From a virus: 64,000 bases of DNA. The notes under the pieces were generated by a model, which saw only the letters and a list, made by a program, of their open reading frames with translations, did not search any database and had not been told where the DNA came from. Location: the IMG/VR virus record IMGVR_UViG_3300023179_000035, positions 1 to 64,000 of that record. One strand, given 5' to 3'. Positions 30,712 to 39,305 of this stretch are shown in pieces. Positions within the stretch are counted from its first letter, which is position 1, and the number at the start of each line of letters is the position of its first letter. A program made the translations under genes and the position numbers.

Positions 30712-31962
30712 ATGCCGACAATTCGTACACGTATCACCGACAAGGGCGTCGTCCAGGAGAACATTGGCGACGGCTCAACGGGCTTCGGCTCTGCTCCAAC
30801 ATTTAGCGTTGAAGTTCCGCACGTGGGCGCCGCGGGAACCGTCACATGGGCACCCTACGCTGACGAAGCGACGGCAGCTCAGAAGGGCTGGTACACGAGC
30901 TGGGCTGCAGCAGTGTCAGCTCTGCAGAGCCTATCGACACCGACAACGATCCTTCAGATTGAAGCTGATCCCTGGAACGACGACGAAGTGATCATCCCGG
31001 GTGGTGAGTGGACTCTCAACAACACCACTATCGTTGGAAAGACAACCTACGCTCACGGTGGTCAGTACTACAACTCCAACAACTTCTGGGGAGGCTCTAT
31101 CGGTTCCAACGCGCACCGTGGAGCGCAGATCCTCCTGCAAGTGTTCACTCAGGGGTACTATGATGATGATTCTGTTAACGACAACCCATGCCGCCTCAAC
31201 GGTGTTAGGGGTCTCAAGGACATCTTCTGGCGCGGCGAGCAGTGCGCTTACCCAAGCGGCGGGGGTGATGTTATCGCTTTCAATCCTGACACTAACCTCG
31301 TCACTTTCCGCCGCACCGGTGGTAACCTCTTCTCCACGATCGATGCTCCGGACGCGAAGTGGATCGAATCAGGCGAGAGCGAGGGGAGGTTCCCCAGCCA
31401 GATCAACATCAACGGCAGCGGCGCCAGCAACGACGGCACGTTCGATGTGGTTGAGTGGATCGACGAGAACACAGTCACCTATATCAACTCGAGCGCCTCT
31501 CTGGAATCGGGGCTCAGCTGGAACATGGATAGAGTCAATTCCGTCTTCTTCTACAACGAGACCTTCGGTAGATACGGCGAGTTTGTGCTTGATAACGTCG
31601 ATTTCCGCAACGGCGGTAGCGGCTGGGGGTCGTTCTACTCTGGCGACTCGGCGCGCCTTTTCATCAGGCTGATGAACGGTGCATCGATGCGCTGGTACTC
31701 AAGCTTCGTCGACGGTAGGGCAGTTGTCCAGTCTGATGGATCACCTTGCTGGGTTGGTAACTACGCCTTCGCAGGCAACGGTTACGTGAAGTTCTACATT
31801 GAGCCCGGCATGGAGTTTCACGACGACCAAGATGTATCGTACGACACGTACAACTCGATCATCTGGTACAAGGCTGACAACTACGGTAACTGGAATGGAT
31901 ACCCGCAGTCTGTGCAAGCAGCTCTTGACGAGCTCGCTTCTCGTGTCAAGGCGCTTGAGTGA
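30712..31962 (+). CDS. Putative virion appendage protein
   Basis: Beta-rich; C-terminal SVQAALDELASRV fibre-like motif; ATACTTA motif and GGAG SD. Confidence 0.6.
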   Translation: MPTIRTRITDKGVVQENIGDGSTGFGSAPTFSVEVPHVGAAGTVTWAPYADEATAAQKGWYTSWAAAVSALQSLSTPTTILQIEADPWNDDEVIIPGGEWTLNNTTIVGKTTYAHGGQYYNSNNFWGGSIGSNAHRGAQILLQVFTQGYYDDDSVNDNPCRLNGVRGLKDIFWRGEQCAYPSGGGDVIAFNPDTNLVTFRRTGGNLFSTIDAPDAKWIESGESEGRFPSQININGSGASNDGTFDVVEWIDENTVTYINSSASLESGLSWNMDRVNSVFFYNETFGRYGEFVLDNVDFRNGGSGWGSFYSGDSARLFIRLMNGASMRWYSSFVDGRAVVQSDGSPCWVGNYAFAGNGYVKFYIEPGMEFHDDQDVSYDTYNSIIWYKADNYGNWNGYPQSVQAALDELASRVKALE

Positions 31963-31985
31963 AAGAATAAAAGGAGAAAATAAAA

Positions 31986-32375
31986 ATGAGCAATCCGTAT
32001 TTTTACCGCACAGGTGACGCGACCAAGACTCCCGTCGATCCGTACACACTTACGCCAGGAACGAGCGTCACTCTCGTGGGAGCTAGCAACAGACACCCAG
32101 AGAGGGAGATCGTGACAATAATTCCAAGGCCATGGCCGCCAGGCCCCAACGCATTCGTCTACCTGGCTGGAGACGTTACGAAGACGCCCGTCGACCTATC
32201 AGCCCAAGCAGTTGGTACCGACTTGATCCTTGTCAGTGGCGGGAAAGAGACACCTGTTACGGCAGGAAATTTCACTCTGAAACCTGCTCAGAACGTGGAC
32301 CTCTACGTGAAGGTCTTGAAGGCAATGATGAACAGCAACAGTAACGGCAAGCCCAGCGATCCCAACTCGTTCTAA
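31986..32375 (+). CDS. Hypothetical protein with an internal duplication
   Basis: YRTGDATKTPVD and YLAGDVTKTPVD repeats; AAGGAG SD. Confidence 0.7.
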   Translation: MSNPYFYRTGDATKTPVDPYTLTPGTSVTLVGASNRHPEREIVTIIPRPWPPGPNAFVYLAGDVTKTPVDLSAQAVGTDLILVSGGKETPVTAGNFTLKPAQNVDLYVKVLKAMMNSNSNGKPSDPNSF

Positions 32376-32392
32376 AAGTCTCTCGCAGTAAT

Positions 32393-32430
32393 AGCAGCGG
32401 GTTGCGTTTTAAAACGCAACCCGCTGTTTC
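32393..32430. terminator. Perfect 32-bp palindrome; probable terminator
   Basis: CAGCGGGTTGCGTTTT|AAAACGCAACCCGCTG at 32395-32426, followed by TTT. Confidence 0.7.
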
Positions 32431-32447
32431 ATTGTATAGTTACTTCT

Positions 32448-32747
32448 ATGAACCCCAGCGCCATCCTGAAAAAATCTTTCCTGTTGCTGCTGTTAGTTTC
32501 ATCATGCGATAAGCCAAAATTTCCCAAGCATCACCAGACCTCGCTGGACGTTGATGTTCTGTACTGCGATGCGGCTGGATCGAAACTTCGATCTTTAAGT
32601 TGCGATGAAGGTAACCCAACGAAGAAAGGAACCTCTTTCGAGGACCTGTGCCGCGATCTAGAAAGCAAGAGCATTTACGTTGGAGCGCAGTGCATCTCAA
32701 AGATCAGCTCGTGCGATCAGGTCGACGACTGCACAGGGAGCCGATGA
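32448..32747 (+). CDS. Cys-rich lipoprotein
   Basis: KK, hydrophobic stretch and LVSSC lipobox-like signal; six further Cys. Confidence 0.7.
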   Translation: MNPSAILKKSFLLLLLVSSCDKPKFPKHHQTSLDVDVLYCDAAGSKLRSLSCDEGNPTKKGTSFEDLCRDLESKSIYVGAQCISKISSCDQVDDCTGSR

Positions 32748-33535
32748 TGGAGGCGTTTAGAGTCGGCGGGTACATACCCGACCCAAAGAGTGACAAGGAC
32801 TACAAGTTTGCTTCCTTCGCTCCGGTCCTGACCCGTCCCGCGCAGCCGGGGGTTAGGAACATCATCAAAGAGCTGACGCCCGTCTCTAACCAGGGTCAGC
32901 TGTCTTCCTGCGTCGCCAACTCCACCGTCGACGCCCTTGAGATCCTCCTAGGGCTCGAGGACCCAAGCTCTGTCCAACAGCTGTCGCGCCTCTTCGTCTA
33001 CTACAACGCTCGCAACTACGACGACGCCACCCGCGCCGACGCTGGTACTTTCATCCGCAACGCTTTTAGCTCCCTCAGGGACTTTGGGGTGTGCCGCGAG
33101 GACGACTGGCCTTACAATCCAAGCAGCGTCTACCTCCAGCCTTCCATCAACTGCTACAAGGAAGCCAGCGACAACCGTCTCGCAGCCTTCTACAGGATAG
33201 ACTCGTCAGGCGACCAGCTCCTCGACGACGTTGTCAACGCCCTCGACGCCAATCATCCTGTGGTCTTCGGGACGGGTGTGTCTAAGGAGTTCACGCAGAC
33301 CTTCAACGCAGGACCCGACGTGGCCTTCACAGCTCCCGCTTCGACCGTCGGTAACCACGCCATGATTATCGTGGGCTACGACACGGTCCCATACCTACGA
33401 TTTTACGTCCGCAACTCGTGGGGACCAGATTGGGGCGACGGCACAGGGCACTGCTGGTTCAGCCCTGATTACGTCAAATCAACGATGACGTCAGACCTGT
33501 GGGTCCCCACCCTGGTTCCTCCAATTCTTACTTGA
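32744..33535 (+). CDS. Papain-like cysteine peptidase (C1 family)
   Basis: PVSNQGQLSSCVANS (Gln/Cys), GNHAMIIVGYD (His), VRNSWGPDWG (Asn); ATG 32744 overlaps the lipoprotein stop. Confidence 0.9.
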   Translation: MMEAFRVGGYIPDPKSDKDYKFASFAPVLTRPAQPGVRNIIKELTPVSNQGQLSSCVANSTVDALEILLGLEDPSSVQQLSRLFVYYNARNYDDATRADAGTFIRNAFSSLRDFGVCREDDWPYNPSSVYLQPSINCYKEASDNRLAAFYRIDSSGDQLLDDVVNALDANHPVVFGTGVSKEFTQTFNAGPDVAFTAPASTVGNHAMIIVGYDTVPYLRFYVRNSWGPDWGDGTGHCWFSPDYVKSTMTSDLWVPTLVPPILT

Positions 33536-33555
33536 AATAACGAATACATAGTAGC

Positions 33556-35079
33556 ATGTCAGTCAGCGTCGCCTACGACACAGCTCAGGGGCTGGTGCAG
33601 GTTTCTTCTCTTGGGTCCGCGTCAGTCAGCTTCTCTGGTGCGCAGCTGTCAGCAGATGTCAGGGGCTCTGTCTCAGTCGCTGTCGACTCTGTGGCTGACG
33701 TGTCTGCCTACGATGCGACAAACTTATCTGACGGCGCTGTCTTGTACAGCAAAGACGTCAAGGACTACTGGACACTGTCGCGCTCCTCAACTCTAAACTC
33801 AGACGGCATAACAGTCGTCCTGCCGTCTGACGGCCTAGGCAGGTGGGTCAGGTCATGCATGGGCAACTCAGAATGGGCTCAGCAAAATTTTTGGCACGTT
33901 GACTCAGTCAACGGGTCTGACACTAACGATGGTTTCACATCGGGCTCTGCGCTGAAGACTGGCACGGAGCTGGCTCGGCGACTCAACGGTCAAATTGTAA
34001 GGTTAGACTCAAGCCGTGGCCTCCTCTCCTCTAGCCTTTTTATCCACAATGACATTTTGATGCCCGACGCCCTCTTCCTCGACTTTACGCTAGGGGTCAC
34101 TGGGTCAGCCTCCTCCGCGGAAGACAAGCGAGGTTTTGTGATCCAAGGAGTCCCAAAGACCGTCGCCTCTGGCACGCTGACATCGACTACTGCGATTGAC
34201 AGGGCTACCAACACCCCGGCCTCCATCAATGCAGGCGGCATGGATCTGTCCCCATACATCAAGGGAAATTATAGGCTCAAGTTCTTGAGCGACAATGCCG
34301 TGTGCTACGTCGTCAAGTCCTTGGGCGGAGGATCTTATAGGATCAGCCCCCCTTTGGCGGGCTGGCCTGGCCCAGCCAAGACGCCCAGGACAGCAGGAGA
34401 ACAATTCATAGTAGAATCTTTGCCTGTCGTCGAGAGGACAGCGGGCAGCGTAAGCAATGCTTTTATCTACGCAAGGGACCTTTGTTTTAACCTGTATGAG
34501 CTGTTGATCGCTACCCCAGGAGAAGGCGCTTACGCATCGTACCCATACTGTATCTTCAGCGGGTCGTCGGTCCAAAATATCAATCGAGCGCGGAACGTCT
34601 ACACAAATCCGTGCTTTATAAACGGATTTTCTTCTGCGGCATCGACAGTCAACGTCCAGGGAGGCGCCTCCTTCGGTCCTGTTTCTCTCAGTGAAATGAC
34701 AAGCGCGACTGTCTTTGATGACTTTATCGTGCAGGGAAGCTCTGTGCTGCTAGACACTAATTCCTACGCTGAATTAACATGTGCAGCCGTGTTCGACACG
34801 CCAGGCAACGCAATTACGATTAGAAAAAATTCTTCTGCCCGGCTTCGGGAGACGCCAACGTACGGCGTCTACGGCTCAGGGTCGACCGGCTACGGAATTT
34901 TCTTGGGCAAGGGCACCCAGATCTACCAGTACTCTAACAACTCTTTCAGCACAGTCAAGATAACTGGGTCTCTTGGAGACGTCAACGTTGGCGGCACCGT
35001 CAAGTCTTGGTCAGACTTAGGAACGGCAGGCTACGTCAACACGGGATCTCTCGCTGCGGTGCTGTACGACTATCCATGA
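33556..35079 (+). CDS. Putative tailspike-like or beta-helix virion protein
   Basis: DGITVV...GRWVR fibre motif; WHVDSVNGSDTNDG; beta-helix-like C-terminal half. Confidence 0.6.
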   Translation: MSVSVAYDTAQGLVQVSSLGSASVSFSGAQLSADVRGSVSVAVDSVADVSAYDATNLSDGAVLYSKDVKDYWTLSRSSTLNSDGITVVLPSDGLGRWVRSCMGNSEWAQQNFWHVDSVNGSDTNDGFTSGSALKTGTELARRLNGQIVRLDSSRGLLSSSLFIHNDILMPDALFLDFTLGVTGSASSAEDKRGFVIQGVPKTVASGTLTSTTAIDRATNTPASINAGGMDLSPYIKGNYRLKFLSDNAVCYVVKSLGGGSYRISPPLAGWPGPAKTPRTAGEQFIVESLPVVERTAGSVSNAFIYARDLCFNLYELLIATPGEGAYASYPYCIFSGSSVQNINRARNVYTNPCFINGFSSAASTVNVQGGASFGPVSLSEMTSATVFDDFIVQGSSVLLDTNSYAELTCAAVFDTPGNAITIRKNSSARLRETPTYGVYGSGSTGYGIFLGKGTQIYQYSNNSFSTVKITGSLGDVNVGGTVKSWSDLGTAGYVNTGSLAAVLYDYP

Positions 35080-35429
35080 GCCGCTGGTCGACAGGAAAGT
35101 ACAGGTCTCGAAAGTCCGGGACCGTCTACGACTACAAGTCCTCGTGGGAGGCGATCTACATGGACATGCTGGACTCGGACCCGGCAGTCGATTCCTGGGA
35201 GTACGAGTCTGTCTGGGTCATGTACCACAACGGCCAGAAGGTCAAGAAGTATCTGCCTGACTTCCTCGTCGCCCTCCGCGGCGGCGGTAGGGTCCTAGTT
35301 GAAGTCAAGCCGGAGAAGCTCCGCGACAACCCGACCAACGCCGCCAAGCGCCTCGCGGTGCAGCAGAAGTGCCGGGAGGAAGGCTGGGTGTACTACGAGT
35401 GGGCCCAGGGGCAACCTGGCCTGCCTTGA
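35076..35429 (+). CDS. Second TnsA-N/gp4-like endonuclease
   Basis: YKSSWE...LDSDP...WEYES...YLPDF...VEVKP; paralogue of 9541-9936; ATG 35076 overlaps the upstream stop. Confidence 0.8.
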   Translation: MSRWSTGKYRSRKSGTVYDYKSSWEAIYMDMLDSDPAVDSWEYESVWVMYHNGQKVKKYLPDFLVALRGGGRVLVEVKPEKLRDNPTNAAKRLAVQQKCREEGWVYYEWAQGQPGLP

Positions 35430-35450
35430 ACAACAGACAGGTTTGGCCGT

Positions 35451-35457
35451 ATACTTA
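35451..35457 (+). promoter_or_regulatory. Representative ATAnTTA putative late-promoter motif
   Basis: The same heptamer recurs in intergenic positions at 14979, 17033, 23610, 30070, 30681, 32436, 36890, 37353, 40563, 43711, 47298, 52454 and 58271 (minus strand). Confidence 0.7.
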
Positions 35458-35472
35458 CACTGTCTTTGACAA

Positions 35473-35840
35473 GGGGGCGAAATAGTTTCGACACGGCGGC
35501 GAACGCCGAGCCTGCAGGCGGGGGTGCACGAGGGTCCCCCTTCAAAACCCAAGTGACGTACAGATGCCAACGACAACGGCACCGCTGTTCTCGCCCTCGC
35601 GGCCTGAACAATGGGGTCCTAACACCTAGAAACAGAACGTTAGGAAAACGTCAGGGGACCAGACGTTAACTGGAACGCGTCAAAGTGCTGGACGTAAAAC
35701 GAAGTGCCGTCCGTGGTAGTCTAGGACGCTAAAGTTCGACTGTCTAATCCCGCCTGAGGATGAACAAATAGAAGGCCAAGCCTGTGAAAGATGGCTCGGA
35801 TTTTAAGTCGTGGACCCCGGGGCAGCGCCGGGCGCCTCCA
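35473..35840 (+). ncRNA. ssrA: tmRNA, one-piece, with tag ANDNGTAVLALAA
   Basis: Acceptor stem GGGGGCG/CGCCTCC with G3:U and discriminator A; helices ACGGC/GTCGT and CCGAGCC/GGCTCGG; T arm CCCGG-GGCAGCG-CCGGG; tag ORF 35566-35607 ending LAA*. Confidence 0.95.
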
Positions 35841-35877
35841 CTATAACAAACAACTGCAGACAGCAATACATAACTTC

Positions 35878-36216
35878 ATGAAGATAACGACGACGCAGCT
35901 CAGGAAGATTATTAGGGAAGAAGCGCAGCTCCTCATGGAGGATCCGGAGGATCCTGCAACAATGAAGGCTGAGCCAGGGGCTCAAAGAGCTTCTAATGTG
36001 TTAACAACAATTGAAGGTTCAAGCAATCTAATGCATAAGATGCAGTCCCTTGCAATGGCAAATAAGAAGGATGAGATTACCGCATTATTCCAGGGGCTGC
36101 TGGACGTGATGCACGATGCGAATCCCAGGCTGTCAACGTCCAACATCGTCTCGGCTTTGAGGACAGTCACAGCCACAGAGAAGGATCCTGAAAAGCCCAA
36201 GACGTCCACGGCGTGA
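35878..36216 (+). CDS. Small protein with MKITTTQLRKIIREE leader
   Basis: Start ATG 35878 (the longer call overlaps the tmRNA); shared leader motif. Confidence 0.7.
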   Translation: MKITTTQLRKIIREEAQLLMEDPEDPATMKAEPGAQRASNVLTTIEGSSNLMHKMQSLAMANKKDEITALFQGLLDVMHDANPRLSTSNIVSALRTVTATEKDPEKPKTSTA

Positions 36217-36273
36217 GAATATCGACGTATTCGCCCCTGTACACTTAGATTTCCTTTGCTACATTGACGTAGA

Positions 36274-36495
36274 GTGATACACCTAAGTCTGACGCCAACT
36301 GAAGCTATCGAGCTGCTTAATGTCCTTATCGCTGCAGGCGACAAGAGGCTGGCAGCTCGCCTGTCCACTGAGCTGGTTAATGTCCTAGAGTCACTCGATA
36401 AGTTAGGCAGGGACCGCCACGCGGCGATGGCGTCAGCATGGATTAAGTCACAGCACCAGAAGATGAACAAGGTGGAGGAAGAAGATGTCGGCTAA
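36274..36495 (+). CDS. Hypothetical protein
   Basis: 73-aa ORF in a tightly packed small-gene cluster. Confidence 0.55.
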   Translation: MIHLSLTPTEAIELLNVLIAAGDKRLAARLSTELVNVLESLDKLGRDRHAAMASAWIKSQHQKMNKVEEEDVG

Positions 36496-36661
36496 GACAG
36501 AGCAGCTACTAGAGCAGATCAATAAACTAAAGGAGTATGTTCCGGTCCTGGAGGGGCAGGGGCAGGACCCACTGTCAGTACAGAAAGAGATCTCCCGCCT
36601 GGAGCGAGAGCTCTTTCAGGCCAACCAGGTGCTGACTGAGTCCAAGGTAATGAAGGGTTGA
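36485..36661 (+). CDS. Small coiled-coil protein (58 aa; absent from the ORF track)
   Basis: MSAKTEQLLEQINKLKEYVPVLEGQGQDPLSVQKEISRLERELFQANQVLTESKVMKG*; GGAGG SD; fills the gap between neighbours. Confidence 0.6.
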   Translation: MSAKTEQLLEQINKLKEYVPVLEGQGQDPLSVQKEISRLERELFQANQVLTESKVMKG

Positions 36662-36663
36662 CC

Positions 36664-36885
36664 ATGGGCAACGTCGCCAATGTATACGCCACTGTTGTGG
36701 CCGACAAGCAGGGACCACCACCCCTAGTCATCAATGTCCTCACCACACCGCGGACCATGGAGTTCGTGGGAGGGGTCCCATCCTCGGCCACCCGAGTCGA
36801 GTCGTATGTTCTCTTCTCTGCCCTGCCTGAGGAGCTGCAGGCTCGTGTCAGGGTCTCAATAGAGGCCCTGCAGGCGGGAATCTGA
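36664..36885 (+). CDS. Hypothetical protein
   Basis: ATG 2 nt after the previous stop; AAGGG upstream. Confidence 0.55.
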   Translation: MGNVANVYATVVADKQGPPPLVINVLTTPRTMEFVGGVPSSATRVESYVLFSALPEELQARVRVSIEALQAGI

Positions 36886-36901
36886 CCCTATACTTATAGG
36901 G

Positions 36902-37201
36902 ATGAGCCCACGCCAACTAGAGGCTTCTCCCTACACAGGTCCGCTGCTGCCGTCATCTCTCAAGTCAATGTCAGACGAAGAGTCTGGCTTGGCCGACGCT
37001 GATGATGGCGACGTCATTCGTGAGTACCTACAGTCCCTAGTGCCGCAGCTCGTCCTCAACGAGATAGTAAGAAAGTGCGGCGGCAAGTGGTGCCTGTACA
37101 CGAAACATAAGAAGAATGGCAAGAGGAGGAGGCTTGGGACCCATCCTACCAAAGCAGCTGCCTACAGGCAGGAGAGAGCCATAAAAGCTCGAGGTGGTTG
37201 A
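36902..37201 (+). CDS. Small protein with acidic N-terminus and basic C-terminal domain; possible head-internal protein
   Basis: ATACTTA upstream; acidic half ends in LNE; basic IVRKCGGKWCLYTK...LGTHPTK..A..QERAI half. Confidence 0.6.
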   Translation: MSPRQLEASPYTGPLLPSSLKSMSDEESGLADADDGDVIREYLQSLVPQLVLNEIVRKCGGKWCLYTKHKKNGKRRRLGTHPTKAAAYRQERAIKARGG

Positions 37202-37462
37202 GTCGATTAAGCCAGGCGCCTCGGTCGCCGGCGTCGATGTTAAATTTGGTGGCCTATTTGACATGGTCTGGCGAAGCCTGTCGATGAGTTACGACAGGCC
37301 ACAGCCGAAGGCGGCTTGACAGCAAAGATGCAGCTGAAAGCTATCAGACGCGATACTTACCAAGTAAGTGGCTCGAAAGAAGCGGGAAGAAACTTTCTCA
37401 CAGCATCGAAGGAAGTGAAAGTTACAACTGGATTGATCAACTCAAGGCCCTGGGAAACATGA

Positions 37463-38629
37463 ATGCCGACGTTTAATGTGACGATAAACCCCACTCCGTT
37501 TGGCTTTTTTGACGCCGAGGTTGATTTTCAGGCCGACGCCGATTCGATAGTCACCTTCGTGAAGCGCAAACTGGGGGACGACGTGCTGTCTGTGGAGTTG
37601 ACCTCTCGACAGATATGGGCGTGTTTTGAGGAGTCTGCCCTGGAGTACGCCAACCAGGTGCACCAGGTCAAGATAACGTCTGAGCTCGCCAACGTCCTCG
37701 GCATCGCTACCGGGTCTAACCTCACCAACAAGTACCCGCGCCAGACTCTAGAGTTCCTAATGCGACAGGCCGAGCCGTACGCCACCTACGCTGGTGTCAT
37801 GGGCTCTCAGGACCCTATACTCGGCTACATAGAGCTGACGCCAGGCGTCCAGGACTACGACATATACGACAGTCTCAAGGACCTGAGCGGCAGCCTCGTC
37901 TACGGTCCCACCGGTGTCGGCAACCAGAAGCTCAGGATACTTGAGGTGTTCCACTTTGAGCCCCTGGCCGCCCAGCAGGTCCTCCTCAACGCCTCCAACA
38001 TCACCAACTTCCTAGCCACTAACTTCAACTACGAGTCGTACGTCAACTCCACCATCTTCTACGTCCTGCCTGTCTTTGAGGACGTCCTACGACGTGGCAT
38101 GCTGGAGGAGGCCTTCAGGGTGCGCCGCTCCCACTACTCCTACGAGATAGTCGGAAAGAAGCTGAGGATTTACCCTGTCCCTGTGACGGACCAGCAGCTA
38201 GGCAGGTTGTTCTTGAGTGTGGCCCCTCCGATGAACCCCATAGACCCATCTTTCCAAGACGAGTCTATCAACGGCGTGTCGGGGCCCAACAACTTCCCGC
38301 TAGGCAATATTCCCTACAATACTATCACCCAGCCCGGTAGGCAGTGGATACGGCAGTACACGCTGGCCCTCTCTAAGGAGCTACTCGGCCTCGTCAGGTC
38401 GAAGTTTGACTCCATACCCATCCCCAACGCAGACCTGAAGCTTAATGGATCTGAACTCATAACGCAGGGCAGGGAGGACAAGGAGAAGCTGGTGACGCAG
38501 CTCCGCGAGTTCTTGGGCAACCTGACTCATGCGAAGCTCTTAGAGCAGCAGGCGACGGCCGCCGACAACATGCTGAAGCAGCTACGAATGGTCCCAATAC
38601 CCGCCGGCAAGGCGATTACCATGGGCTAA
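37463..38629 (+). CDS. Neck protein (gp13-like head-tail adaptor)
   Basis: RKLGDDVLSVEL, LRIYPVP, WIRQYTLALSKELLG.VRSKF..IP; position before sheath genes. Confidence 0.8.
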   Translation: MPTFNVTINPTPFGFFDAEVDFQADADSIVTFVKRKLGDDVLSVELTSRQIWACFEESALEYANQVHQVKITSELANVLGIATGSNLTNKYPRQTLEFLMRQAEPYATYAGVMGSQDPILGYIELTPGVQDYDIYDSLKDLSGSLVYGPTGVGNQKLRILEVFHFEPLAAQQVLLNASNITNFLATNFNYESYVNSTIFYVLPVFEDVLRRGMLEEAFRVRRSHYSYEIVGKKLRIYPVPVTDQQLGRLFLSVAPPMNPIDPSFQDESINGVSGPNNFPLGNIPYNTITQPGRQWIRQYTLALSKELLGLVRSKFDSIPIPNADLKLNGSELITQGREDKEKLVTQLREFLGNLTHAKLLEQQATAADNMLKQLRMVPIPAGKAITMG

Positions 38630-38639
38630 GGGGACAGCT

Positions 38640-39305
38640 GTGAGCCGCCTGTTCATAACCGAGAGAGAGCTGAACCTCATCTCTGACATCACCAAAGAGG
38701 TCGTCAAGGACGTCGTCGGCCAGAAGATCTTCCTCTTCCCGATCTCTGAGCTGAAGACCCAGTCCCACGAGGTCTACAACGAGGCCATCAAGAAGGTCTA
38801 CGAGAACCCCATCGAGGTCGACGCCCTCGTCGGCCAGCCTGAGGCGACCGTCAAGGTCAACAACTTCGGCGTCGACAGGACGTTCAAGGTGGAGGTCTAC
38901 CTGCAGTGGCGCGACGTCGTCGACAAGGGGATAAGCGTCAACGTCGGCGACTACTTCTCGTACGGCGACAACTTCTACGAGATAGCCGAGTACGTCTACA
39001 CCCGCAACATCTACGGCCAGGTCGACCACAAGGATGGCATGAAGATCACAGGCACCAAGGTCCGCGAGGGCCAGTTCAGGGCGAAGATGTTCGGTCCGAC
39101 CGACATATCCAACTCTGAGGACGACGCGGTGCAGAAGACATTCGAGCAGCAGCGCGGCGCCGCCGAGAACTCTCAGGGGCCGACCAACGACAGACGCGAG
39201 CTGATCGAGAGGGGCGTCCTGGACAGGCCCCTGACAGGCCCGAAGAGCGTCAACGACAAGAGCGGGTCTCCCAGCGGCAACGCCTTCTACGGTGAGGACT
39301 CCTGA
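38640..39305 (+). CDS. Neck protein (gp14-like head closure)
   Basis: YNEA..K, GDYFSYG..FYEI; position in the neck module. Confidence 0.7.
   Translation: MSRLFITERELNLISDITKEVVKDVVGQKIFLFPISELKTQSHEVYNEAIKKVYENPIEVDALVGQPEATVKVNNFGVDRTFKVEVYLQWRDVVDKGISVNVGDYFSYGDNFYEIAEYVYTRNIYGQVDHKDGMKITGTKVREGQFRAKMFGPTDISNSEDDAVQKTFEQQRGAAENSQGPTNDRRELIERGVLDRPLTGPKSVNDKSGSPSGNAFYGEDS

Noticed and set aside
35466-35877. ORF 35466-35669 and the N-terminal extension of ORF 35791
   Set aside because: Both overlap the tmRNA; ATG 35878 is the better start.
37360-37430. Resemblance to a c-di-GMP-I riboswitch (GAAA-capped stem followed by AACTTTC/GAAAGTT)
   Set aside because: The conserved GACGCAAA-type junction and tetraloop receptor are not recognisable; it may be a decayed ORF. 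An Infernal search would settle it.
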